Shown here in pieces: positions 18,792 through 27,668 of a stretch of 64,000 bases of DNA. The DNA is taken from contig DAOTXX010000019.1 in assembly GCA_034434835.1 (NCBI GenBank), forward strand, positions 21,361 to 85,360. The letters are read 5' to 3'. The position numbers and the translations under genes are program-made. The notes beneath the pieces were generated by a model. That model did no database searches, had not been told where the DNA came from, and saw only the letters and a list, made by a program, of their open reading frames with translations. Numbering within the stretch: position 1 is the stretch's first letter; each line of letters begins with the position of its first letter. The DNA is from Thermoflexales bacterium (GTDB lineage: Bacteria > Chloroflexota > Anaerolineae > Fen-1058).

Positions 18792-19591
18792 CACAGCTCG
18801 CGGGAAGGCGAACCCGGCCGTGCAGCCAGCAGAGCTATCCACCGGCCGAGGGCCCACGCCAGCACGGTGTGCAACAGAATGATCGCCCAGACGTTGCGAG
18901 CCATGACAAAAACCGTCGAGCTGAGCGCCAGCCATGCGATCTGCATGAGCAATGCCTCGCGCTGAGGGCCATCAGCAATGCCGGCTCGCCACGCGGGATT
19001 GAGCGTCCATTCCAGGATCACCAACGCCGCTCCGGCGAGCGTCGCCCAGTAGGGATCGGCCATGAACACGAGCGGCACTGCGCGATAGAACGCCCAGTGG
19101 ATTTCCGCATAGAGGCTTTCGCGCGCGACGACCAGAATCGAAGGGGCCGGCACCAAGCCACTGGCGGGAAATTCGCCACTCCCACCCGCCGGGAGCGCGT
19201 ACGTCGCGCGACGGACGTTCCACCAGCCCAGCACCAGGGTCATGGCCGCGATGCTACCCAACCCCGTGACCCAGCCAAAGGACCTGGCCCAATCGGTCAA
19301 CGGCCAACCCAAAGTCCATCCGGGCAAATCCGCCGTCCCGGTGCCCAGCAGACCGATCACGACCAGAGACAGCGCGTGGCGCAACAAAGCCGCATAAGGA
19401 ATCAGGAGATAGTAGGCAAATCGAACGAGGAAGATAATCGCCCGGCCCAAGGGGTTGCCAGACCAGCCCGCGCGAAAACGGCCCAGGGTGCTTTGCGGCC
19501 GATGCAGAGAAACCCACGCCAGTTGCGTGCCGATCCCATAGAGCAGGATCGAGCCCGCCGTCCACAGCACGAGTTCGATGCGCTCATCCAT
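18791..19591 (-). CDS. Polytopic membrane protein, possibly CPBP (CAAX protease/Abi)-like
   Basis: It has 7-8 hydrophobic segments. There is a weak E...FR/H-containing motif (ESLYAEIHWAFYRAV; LLHTVLAWALG). The family call is tentative. Confidence 0.35.
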   Translation of the reverse strand: MDERIELVLWTAGSILLYGIGTQLAWVSLHRPQSTLGRFRAGWSGNPLGRAIIFLVRFAYYLLIPYAALLRHALSLVVIGLLGTGTADLPGWTLGWPLTDWARSFGWVTGLGSIAAMTLVLGWWNVRRATYALPAGGSGEFPASGLVPAPSILVVARESLYAEIHWAFYRAVPLVFMADPYWATLAGAALVILEWTLNPAWRAGIADGPQREALLMQIAWLALSSTVFVMARNVWAIILLHTVLAWALGRWIALLAARPGSPSREL

Positions 19592-19600
19592 GTCGGAGGG

Positions 19601-21382
19601 CTATTCCTTGTGGAGCGGCACGGCCAGCGTGATCAGCGTGCCCTTGCCCGGGTGCGAGTCGAGGGTCAGGATGCCGTTGATTAACTCGGCGCGCTCGCGC
19701 ATGTTGACCATGCCCAGGCTGCCGCGCGATTCGTAGGCCGAGGTGACGCCTTGAACGTCAAAGCCTTCGCCGTCATCTTGAACTTCGGCAATGACGGCAT
19801 CGTGCTCGGCCCTCAAGCGCACCCAGATGTTGCTCGCCCGAGCGTGCTTGCGCGCGTTACCGACCGCCTCTTCGACGATGTAAAAGATAACGCCCTGCAT
19901 GTTCAGGTCAATCAGGTTTTCGACGGGCTGCGCTTGCAGGTGGATCGCCAGGCTGGGATCGGTCTCCTTAGACTTTTGGATGGACTGCTCCAGCGCAGCG
20001 GTCAGGCCTTGCGTTTCCAGCACCAGCGGGCGCAGCGTAAAGAGCATGTGGCGGATCTCTTTGGTCGTCCGCCGCGCCAACTCTTCGATCTTGGCCAGCT
20101 CGCCGTCCAGTTTGGTCGGTTCGTGCTCGGCCAGCTTGCGCGCATAGTTGAGTCGCATCGCAATCGCGGCGATACTCTGCGTGGGGCCGTCGTGCAAATC
20201 CCGCGCCAGCTTTTTGCGCGCGTTCTCTTCAATCTCGACGATACGATTCTTTTCCTGCTGCAGGCTCTGGTAAAGCTGCGCGTTTTGCATGGCAATCGTC
20301 GCCTGACTGCACACCGCCGTCAGCATCTCGATGTGCTCACCCGTGAACACGTCCGCATCGCGGCTGCCCACGACCACCAACCCGTACGTTTCAAAGCCCG
20401 CCCGCAGCGGAACGCATAGCACCTGCTTGCAATCCTGCAGCGCCACGAACTGGCTCAACTCCGGGTCTTCGAGGGGATTGTCCGCCAGGATGGGATCGGC
20501 GGATTTGAGCGCCTGGGCGACCAAGCCGGACTTGCCGGGGATCGTCTTGAGCTGATCGCGCGTCGTCAGGTGACGCGAGGCCGCTACATAGTAGCCACCT
20601 TTGTCGTACAGAAACACAACGCTGACCATCCGCCGCGCCGCTGGCCCCAGGTCCTTGAAGCCCATCGAGGCAATGTCGAGGATCGCATCCAGGATGCGCT
20701 CGTAGCTGAGCGTCGCGCCGAGCGTGCTGGCCATCTCGAACACGGCGCGCACCTGTTCGCGGGCCGTGCGCAGCCGGCGCAGCTCGGCCTCCTCCTCGGC
20801 CAGGCTCAACCGGGTGAGAATGTCTCGCATCCGATCGCCCACGCTGCCGGTCAACACGGCCGCAATGAGCAAGATGAGCGAGTTCAGGAGGACTGGAAAG
20901 AGATGCTGCATCCCCAGGTCGGGCAGCACCGGCCACACGACGATCACCGAATAGACGAGCGCAATGCTGCCCGCCGTGATCAGCCCGGCAATCCAATCAA
21001 ACCGCAGCACCGCGGTAAAGACTGGAAACAGACAGAAGAAAAACAGCGGGCTGCCTGCGCCGCCGGATGCAAAGACCAGTCCGACTGACAGCAAGCTGTC
21101 CAGCACCAATGTCAAGATCGGCATGAGGCGAGCCGACACGTGAAAGGCCAGCAGCAACATGCTCAGCAGGTTGTAGGCCGCACCGACCAGCAGCAAGCCC
21201 AAGGTCAGGGTCATGCTGGAATCGCTCCACGCAGTGCGATTGGGGCTAGCGAGCAAGACAAGACCTACACTGACCAGCAATAACCACCGCAGGTTGCCGA
21301 CCAGCCAATCTAACTGTGTCAGAGGTCTGGCTTTGGACTTTAAGCGTGGCATGTAACTTTTCACATCTGGGGAATTCACCAA
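19601..21382 (-). CDS. Membrane sensor histidine kinase (multi-TM N-terminus, GAF domain, HisKA_3 + HATPase_c; NarL/LuxR-partner type)
   Basis: The H-box ARDLHDGPTQSIAAIAM is typical of HisKA_3. A GAF-like central domain is present, and the C-terminal ATPase motifs include GEGFDVQG. The protein is 593 aa. Confidence 0.85.
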   Translation of the reverse strand: MVNSPDVKSYMPRLKSKARPLTQLDWLVGNLRWLLLVSVGLVLLASPNRTAWSDSSMTLTLGLLLVGAAYNLLSMLLLAFHVSARLMPILTLVLDSLLSVGLVFASGGAGSPLFFFCLFPVFTAVLRFDWIAGLITAGSIALVYSVIVVWPVLPDLGMQHLFPVLLNSLILLIAAVLTGSVGDRMRDILTRLSLAEEEAELRRLRTAREQVRAVFEMASTLGATLSYERILDAILDIASMGFKDLGPAARRMVSVVFLYDKGGYYVAASRHLTTRDQLKTIPGKSGLVAQALKSADPILADNPLEDPELSQFVALQDCKQVLCVPLRAGFETYGLVVVGSRDADVFTGEHIEMLTAVCSQATIAMQNAQLYQSLQQEKNRIVEIEENARKKLARDLHDGPTQSIAAIAMRLNYARKLAEHEPTKLDGELAKIEELARRTTKEIRHMLFTLRPLVLETQGLTAALEQSIQKSKETDPSLAIHLQAQPVENLIDLNMQGVIFYIVEEAVGNARKHARASNIWVRLRAEHDAVIAEVQDDGEGFDVQGVTSAYESRGSLGMVNMRERAELINGILTLDSHPGKGTLITLAVPLHKE

Positions 21383-21428
21383 AAGGCCGCGCCGCGCTCG
21401 AGCGCACGGCCGCGGCCGGCAAGCAGAA

Positions 21429-21502
21429 TGGGCGCGAGAGGGCTCGAACCTCCGACCTCATCAATGTGAGTGATGCGCTCTGACCGGCTGAGCTACGCGC
21501 CC
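21429..21502 (-). tRNA. tRNA-Val (anticodon CAC)
   Basis: The reverse complement folds as a 74-nt cloverleaf. The acceptor stem is GGGCGCG/CGCGCCC, the D stem GCTC/GAGC, the anticodon stem CATCA/TGATG with loop CTCACAT, and the T arm GGAGG-TTCGAGC-CCTCT. Discriminator is A, and no CCA is encoded. Confidence 0.85.
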
Positions 21503-21551
21503 GGACGGCCAGGATTATAACATCGAACGGGTGAAATGGCAACCATCCCCA

Positions 21552-23240
21552 TCACTTGAAAATAACAGGCAGATAAACCGCGCTCCCACCAGCAAAGACA
21601 AACCCATACGCCGGGGCATCCAACATAGGCGCGGTGACGGTGAACGTGTGTGTGCCTGTGATCGCGGGTGTAAAGGCCCACGTCCACACCAGCGGCACGT
21701 CCCCGCTCCTTCCTTCGTAGATCGGCGCGAGCAGTTGGCCTTCCGGGTCCGTCAGCGTCAGCGCGATGCCTGTGTACGGATAATACGCCAACGCGCGAAG
21801 AGTCACTGGCGCGTCCAACGGCGGAGCGGGCGGATGCGAGTCAACCCTCGCCTGTGAGACAACATTCACATCGGTCGTCAGCGGAGCTTGGATCAAACTC
21901 GCTGTAAAAGTGACGAGATGCGTCCCGGTCACCAGCGACGCAAAACGCCATGTATGTGTGTACGCCCCTGTGATGCCTTCGTCTATTGTAGCGACATTGC
22001 CCGCGGGGCTTGTGACCGTCAATCGCTGCGAGGCATAGGGATAAAATGCGCCGACGCGCACGGTCACGGTCTGGCTGAGCAGCGCCGTCGCAGGCTGGGC
22101 AGTCAAGTGCGCGGTGGCGAGAGCGTGCAGTGTAGACGTGACTGGCAGGGGCAAATCGCTTGCCGAAAAAGCCAGCGTGTACGTGCCCGGCACGGTCGGC
22201 GTGAACTGCCACGTCCATGTGTACGGCCCATCGCCCGAACTCAGCCCACCCTCGGGCGTGACCAGAGTCGAGTTGGGATCGGCGATTGTCAGCGCGACAT
22301 CCGCATGGTCAACCTCCGACCGAACCCGAACGCTTGTGAGCTGGCCCAGCTCCGGTTGAGCCGGTTGAAGCCAGAACTCGGCGGGCGGGCCAATGACGAC
22401 GAGGCTGGCATCGTCCACGTACACGTCGTTGTTGGATCGCGCAAAATCCCACTCTGGCCGCGAGTGCGTCCAGACAGTGATCGTGCTGGACAGCGCCCGG
22501 GCCTGGACGCCGAAATACGTCCACTGATCGAACGCGGGGGCCTCAGGCGACCAGACGATGTGGGTGCTGGTTGGGACCGTCCCACCGGTCGGATCAATGC
22601 CGATGCGGAGGTGCATATCGCTCGGCTGATCGGAGCGGCGTCCATAGTCACACTCATCAAAGTTGAAGCACATCCAGGTCTGCACCCAGGCGGTGAACTC
22701 GACCAGCGAGCCGGGAACGATGCCGGGGACTTGCTGGTAAAATCCGGCTTCGTGCATCCGCCCATAGGAAAAATATTTGGCCGCGGCCTCACCCGTATGA
22801 ACGCGATAGGGGTATTGTGGATAGAGGATCGCCACAAACTCGGGCCTGGCCCACATGCAGCCATAGTCTTTGCGGCAGACGCCCTTTTCGATGCAGTTCG
22901 AGGGGCACGGAATATAGCAATCTGGTCTCCACGGCCGGCACGGGGGAGGGTCGAAATACCAGGCCCACCAGCCATGCGCCACATTTACTTCTCCAGCCCC
23001 TTGCGGCACATAAGGCTGTTCAAAGCTGGGATTGACGAGCAAATTGCCCGGCACGGCAGCCGTTGGCTGCGGCGTGGGCGTGCGAGCGGCCAGGATGCCC
23101 AGCGGGGCAGTCGCTTGCGGTGTGCGGCGCGGCGCCAGAGTCGAGACCGCCCACCGGCTGAGGATCAGCATGACGGCGACCACGAGCACTAACAAAATAA
23201 CCCATGACGCTTTGCGGATGTCGGTGGGGTGCATGTCCAA
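21552..23240 (-). CDS. Secreted/signal-anchored protein with tandem Ig-like repeat modules; C-terminus ends GGSAVYLPVIFK
   Basis: An N-terminal TM helix is followed by repeated modules (PGTYTLAFSASDLPLP; TGTHLVTFTASLIQAPLT; TGTHTFTVTAPMLDAP). The protein is 562 aa. Confidence 0.6.
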   Translation of the reverse strand: MDMHPTDIRKASWVILLVLVVAVMLILSRWAVSTLAPRRTPQATAPLGILAARTPTPQPTAAVPGNLLVNPSFEQPYVPQGAGEVNVAHGWWAWYFDPPPCRPWRPDCYIPCPSNCIEKGVCRKDYGCMWARPEFVAILYPQYPYRVHTGEAAAKYFSYGRMHEAGFYQQVPGIVPGSLVEFTAWVQTWMCFNFDECDYGRRSDQPSDMHLRIGIDPTGGTVPTSTHIVWSPEAPAFDQWTYFGVQARALSSTITVWTHSRPEWDFARSNNDVYVDDASLVVIGPPAEFWLQPAQPELGQLTSVRVRSEVDHADVALTIADPNSTLVTPEGGLSSGDGPYTWTWQFTPTVPGTYTLAFSASDLPLPVTSTLHALATAHLTAQPATALLSQTVTVRVGAFYPYASQRLTVTSPAGNVATIDEGITGAYTHTWRFASLVTGTHLVTFTASLIQAPLTTDVNVVSQARVDSHPPAPPLDAPVTLRALAYYPYTGIALTLTDPEGQLLAPIYEGRSGDVPLVWTWAFTPAITGTHTFTVTAPMLDAPAYGFVFAGGSAVYLPVIFK

Positions 23241-23280
23241 CCTCTCAAGAGTGAACGTACGTCAGCCATCTGATGGCGTG

Positions 23281-24264
23281 TTACATCTTCACCGGGCGAC
23301 CTTCGCTGGCGGAACGCAGCAGGGCCAGGATCGCGGCCACATTGGCCCGGCTATCGGCCAGGCTGATACGCGGCGGCCGGCCCAGCAGGATCGCGTCGGC
23401 CATGTCCTCGACTTCGCCGAGGTACAGCATCATGTCAGGCACCTGGATCGTCTCTGTTCCGCCCTCGCGGGTCAGCAGGATCGGCTCATTCGGCTCGATC
23501 CGGAAAGGATGCGTCACGCGCAAGATCCCCTCACTTCCAACGATTTCGACATCCGTCCGATAGAACGCGCGAAAACCACAATCGAACTGGGCGCACACAT
23601 CATTGGGGAAACGCATTTGACCCGTAAAGGCCACATCCACACCCGTTGGGCCAATCGTCTGCCAGCCAAATACCTCAACCGGTTCCGCGCCGATCATGGC
23701 GCGCGCAAAGCTGATCGGGTAACACCCCACGTCCCAGATGCTCCCGCCGACAAGCTCACGACTGAGCCGCACGTCCGGATCGCGGGTGAGGTTGTAGGTG
23801 AACGCCCCACGCACCAGGCGCAGCGTACCGATCGCCCCGCCGTCTATCAGCTCTTTGAGCTTGAGCGTGATCGGATGGTGGCGATACATGAACGCTTCCG
23901 CAACGACCACCTTGTGGCGTCGGGCTGCCTCGATGATCGCGTCCACTTGTTCCACAGTCACCGCGAGCGGCTTTTCGCACAAGACGTGCTTGCCCGCCTG
24001 AGCGGCCTGGATCGTCCACTCGGCATGCAGGCTGTTGGGCAGCGGGTTATAGACCACATCAACGTCCGGGTCGGCCAGCATCGCCTCGTAACTGGCAAAC
24101 GCGCGAGGGATGTCCCATTCTTTGGCGTAAGCCTGGGCCTGTTCCATCGTTCGGCTGGCGACGGCGACGAGTTGATTGCGCTTGGACGCGCGCAAAGCGG
24201 GGATAAGCGCGCGGTTGATCCGGGCTGTGCTCAGCAGCCCCCAGCGAAGAACGTGATCAGCCAT
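23281..24264 (-). CDS. Gfo/Idh/MocA family NAD(P)-dependent oxidoreductase
   Basis: Start is trimmed to MADHVLRWGLLSTARINRA, a Rossmann N-terminus preceded by AAGGAG. The longer ORF-track N-terminus is a low-complexity artefact. Confidence 0.8.
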   Translation of the reverse strand: MADHVLRWGLLSTARINRALIPALRASKRNQLVAVASRTMEQAQAYAKEWDIPRAFASYEAMLADPDVDVVYNPLPNSLHAEWTIQAAQAGKHVLCEKPLAVTVEQVDAIIEAARRHKVVVAEAFMYRHHPITLKLKELIDGGAIGTLRLVRGAFTYNLTRDPDVRLSRELVGGSIWDVGCYPISFARAMIGAEPVEVFGWQTIGPTGVDVAFTGQMRFPNDVCAQFDCGFRAFYRTDVEIVGSEGILRVTHPFRIEPNEPILLTREGGTETIQVPDMMLYLGEVEDMADAILLGRPPRISLADSRANVAAILALLRSASEGRPVKM

Positions 24265-24421
24265 AACTCTCTCCTTTCCGGTATTGGCGCAACAGACAAT
24301 ATTATACACCAGCCGGCGCATCTTTCTGACGCCGATCGTCTTGCTCCTGCAACGTGCCTGCTCTTCCCCTCGCCAACCAAGTGAAGTATAATTCGAGCAT
24401 CTCAACTCAAAGGAGGTTCGA

Positions 24422-25363
24422 ATGCCCAAGTTCGCTTTCTTCAAGGATCGCCTGGTCCCCATCGAGGACGCCAAGATCAGCATCATGACACACGCTTTCA
24501 ATTATGGGACAGGTTGCTTTGAAGGGATCCGAGCTTACTGGAATGAGGACGAAGAGCAATTGTACGTGTTCAAGCTGCTCGAGCATTATCAACGCTTTCT
24601 CAACTCCAGCCGTATCCTCTTGATGAATCTGCCTCTCACCGCCGAACGCCTGGTCGAGATCACCCTCGACCTATTACGTCACGAGGAGTATCGCGAAGAT
24701 GCCTATATCCGCCCCATCGCTTACAAGGCCGACGAGATCATTGGCGTGCGACTGCACAACCTGCGCGACGAGGTCGCGATTTTCGCCACGCCGTTTGGCC
24801 GCTACATCGAAAAAGAAGAAGGCGCAAATGTCGGGGTGTCATCCTGGCGGCGGATTGACGACAATGCCGTGCCCGCTCGCGCCAAGATCACGGGCGCATA
24901 CATCAACTCGGCGTTCGCCAAAACCGAAGCGCAGACCAACGGTTTCGACGAGGCGATCGTGCTGGGCCAGGATGGTCACGTCTCCGAAGGCAGCGCAGAG
25001 AATCTATTCATCGTGCGCGACAGCGTATTGATCACCCCGCCCGTCACCGAAAACATCCTGGAGGGTATCACGCGCAAGGTCGTTATCGAGCTGGCTCGTG
25101 ATGAGCTGGGGATTCGGACATTGGAGCGCCCGATTGACCGCACCGAGTTATATGTGGCCGACGAGGCATTCTTTTGCGGGACGGGCGTGCAGATCGTGGC
25201 GATCACCAAGATTGACCATCGCCCGGTGGGCAGTGGCAGGATCGGCCCTATCGTCAAAGCTATCCGCGATCTATACTTTGATGTGGTGCGCGGCAGGGTG
25301 CGCAAGTATCGGCAGTGGTGCACACCCGTGTACGTGAAGGTGCCCGAGCCTGCTGCAGCCTAG
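24422..25363 (+). CDS. ilvE: Branched-chain amino acid aminotransferase (class IV)
   Basis: The protein is 313 aa with the motifs GTGCFEGIRAY and ENLFIVRD. The RBS is AAAGGAGG. Confidence 0.88.
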   Translation: MPKFAFFKDRLVPIEDAKISIMTHAFNYGTGCFEGIRAYWNEDEEQLYVFKLLEHYQRFLNSSRILLMNLPLTAERLVEITLDLLRHEEYREDAYIRPIAYKADEIIGVRLHNLRDEVAIFATPFGRYIEKEEGANVGVSSWRRIDDNAVPARAKITGAYINSAFAKTEAQTNGFDEAIVLGQDGHVSEGSAENLFIVRDSVLITPPVTENILEGITRKVVIELARDELGIRTLERPIDRTELYVADEAFFCGTGVQIVAITKIDHRPVGSGRIGPIVKAIRDLYFDVVRGRVRKYRQWCTPVYVKVPEPAAA

Positions 25364-25383
25364 AAGCTGCCTTCCCAAAATAG

Positions 25384-25896
25384 ATGCGCAAAACGTTTGC
25401 TCGTTTGTCTCGCCGCCAGATCGTCGCGCTCGCTGTCCTGCTGGTGAGCGACGTGGCCTTGCTGGCGGCGGGATTGCTGATCGTGACCGGGCAGCCTGCG
25501 CCTGTGAATGCTGCGATGCCAACGATGAGCCTGGCCAGTTGCCAGGCGATGGGCGCGGAGCGTCTGGCCGCTCGCCAGCTTGCGGGCGTGGCCCGGCTGG
25601 ATGCCGAGGGTGCGCTGCGCTTTGAGCTGAGCGGCCGCGATCTTGCGGGCCATGAATTGCAGCGCACGACGGAAGCGGCGTGGGATGCGCTGGCCGCAGC
25701 GTTTGCTCTCTCAGAGGCAGGCTGCGGTCCTTATCCGGCGGTGCGCGTGGACGTGCCTGATTCGAGCGGTCCCCCCGGCACGCATCTGCTGGTCGAGGTC
25801 AACTGGATTGACTTGCGCGCCTGGGGCGAGCACGAGCTGGACGACGGCGAGCTTTCGGCCCGATCCACCGCAACGACCTACGTTCGATCCGATTAG
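25384..25896 (+). CDS. Hypothetical signal-anchored protein
   Basis: An N-terminal TM helix is present. No family was recognised. Confidence 0.4.
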   Translation: MRKTFARLSRRQIVALAVLLVSDVALLAAGLLIVTGQPAPVNAAMPTMSLASCQAMGAERLAARQLAGVARLDAEGALRFELSGRDLAGHELQRTTEAAWDALAAAFALSEAGCGPYPAVRVDVPDSSGPPGTHLLVEVNWIDLRAWGEHELDDGELSARSTATTYVRSD

Positions 25897-26029
25897 TCAA
25901 CCTCCCGCAGGCTGGGAGATGCGTCTTTGGAGCTATCCCTCGAAATCCCCCCTGCCTTTTGAACTATTGACCCAACCTTCTCGCAGGCTCTAGAATAGAT
26001 ACATCGAAGCATGATTGGGAGGTTGACCT

Positions 26030-27073
26030 ATGATGACGCGACGACAATTCATTGAGCGGATGATGGCGCTGGGCTTGGGCACGAGCCTTACGGCACTGAC
26101 AGCGTGCGCGCCTCGCCCCCCCGCGTCCACACCCACGTCCGCTCCCCCGGTTCCACCTACACTTGTTCCCCAACCCATCCCGCCGACTGTGACAACTGGC
26201 AAAGTAGCAGCAACCCCAAGCGTCCCGACAACGACCGCCGCGGCGACCCCGGCTGTCCCGGCTTCGCAGGCGTATCTGGCCGTCGCGCGGGGCGATGATC
26301 CTGCGACGATCACGCAGCGCGCGGTCAAGGTGCTGGGCGGGATGGAACGATTTGTCCAGAAAGGGCAAAACGTCCTCATCAAGCCCAACATCTGCGTGGC
26401 CTATCACGGCCCCGAATACGCCGCCACGACGAACCCGCAAGTCGTCGCCGCGCTCGTGAAAATGTGTCGCGAGGCAGGCGCGTCGTCTGTGACGGTGATG
26501 GACCATCCCTTTGGCGGCACCGCCGAGAAGGCTTACCAGATCAGCCAGATCGGCGACGCAGTCAAGGCGGCAGGCGGGCAGATGGTCGTGATGGGGTCAG
26601 CCAAGTTCAGAGACACGCCCATCCCAGAAGGCAAAGACATTAAAAAGTGGCTGATCTACCAGGACGCGCTCAAGTTCGACGTGCTCATTGACGTGCCGAT
26701 TGCCAAGCATCACGGGTTGGCTCGACTGACGTTAGCAGGCAAGAACCTGATGGGCCTGACAGAAAATCGCGGCGGCTTGCACCCGAATCTGGGCGAGCGA
26801 CTGGTGGACCTGTACACGCTGTTTCGGCCCAGGCTGATCGTCGTGGATGCTTACCGCATGTTGATGAACAATGGCCCGACGGGCGGCAATCTGAACGACG
26901 TCAAGCTCGCCAAGACCGTCATCGCCAGCCACGACATCGTCGCCGCCGATGCTTATGCCACGACGCTGTTCGGCTTGCCGGCCGACGCCATCTCGTACGT
27001 CAAGGCGGGCGCCGCGCGCGGGATCGGCACCCTGGACCTCAAGAGCATCAAGATTGAGGAAATCACTGCATGA
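26030..27073 (+). CDS. DUF362 domain protein with Tat signal / lipoprotein Cys
   Basis: The N-terminus MMTRRQFIERMMALGLGTSLTALTAC carries a twin-arginine signal, and a Pro/Thr linker follows. The DUF362 core reads NVLIKPNICVAYHGPEYAATTNPQVV. The RBS is GGGAGG. Confidence 0.7.
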   Translation: MMTRRQFIERMMALGLGTSLTALTACAPRPPASTPTSAPPVPPTLVPQPIPPTVTTGKVAATPSVPTTTAAATPAVPASQAYLAVARGDDPATITQRAVKVLGGMERFVQKGQNVLIKPNICVAYHGPEYAATTNPQVVAALVKMCREAGASSVTVMDHPFGGTAEKAYQISQIGDAVKAAGGQMVVMGSAKFRDTPIPEGKDIKKWLIYQDALKFDVLIDVPIAKHHGLARLTLAGKNLMGLTENRGGLHPNLGERLVDLYTLFRPRLIVVDAYRMLMNNGPTGGNLNDVKLAKTVIASHDIVAADAYATTLFGLPADAISYVKAGAARGIGTLDLKSIKIEEITA

Positions 27074-27135
27074 TGCGTCAAACGTCATGCGTCATGCGTC
27101 AAACGTCATCTGTTGACGCCTGACGTTTGACGAAC
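27073..27135. repeat. Heptamer-periodic hairpin repeat (GCGTCAA/ACGTCAT words + inverted TGACGTTTGACG)
   Basis: The sequence reads ATGCGTCAAACGTCATGCGTCATGCGTCAAACGTCATCTGTTGACGCCTGACGTTTGACG. The same word family recurs at 31201-31262, 36463-36495 and 53812-53872. Confidence 0.55.
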
Positions 27136-27140
27136 CTGGC

Positions 27141-27647
27141 ATGAACACTTGCGATACGACCTGGGACATTTCGCTCGCTGAACTCAACGACCACCTCGGT
27201 GCTGCGGGCGTCGAGCCTGTGGTGCGCGAAGGTGTATCCTCCGCACGCGACCTGGACGCGCCGACGCGCCAAACACTGGTGACGGCATTGCGCCAGTCCG
27301 TGCGCCGCGCACGCGGGGACGCACCGCTGGTCGGGCAGTGGGCGGCAGCCGCGCAATCGCTGGTCATGAATCACGATTTCAGCCCGGCCGCGCGTCAACG
27401 CGAAGAGGCGTTCTGGTCCGCCCTCACGCGCATCGTCAACGGTTGTTATGCCCAGGTGTTGCTGGGCGACCTATCCGAGTTCCCATTCTTTATCGAGCTG
27501 CTCAGGCATCAGCCCGCGGGTCACCTGACCGAAATAGCAACTGGGGTGCTGCGCCACCATGTTGATCCAGCACGCAAGCTGGATCCCCCTCAACTCATCC
27601 GCCTCGCCGAAGAATGGTTTCAGACCCATCAGGTCGCCAAAGCCTGA
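27141..27647 (+). CDS. Hypothetical protein
   Basis: This is a 168-aa ORF with codon bias matching its neighbours. No family was recognised. Confidence 0.4.
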   Translation: MNTCDTTWDISLAELNDHLGAAGVEPVVREGVSSARDLDAPTRQTLVTALRQSVRRARGDAPLVGQWAAAAQSLVMNHDFSPAARQREEAFWSALTRIVNGCYAQVLLGDLSEFPFFIELLRHQPAGHLTEIATGVLRHHVDPARKLDPPQLIRLAEEWFQTHQVAKA

Positions 27648-27668
27648 CCGGTCTCGAACGAGGCGTGA

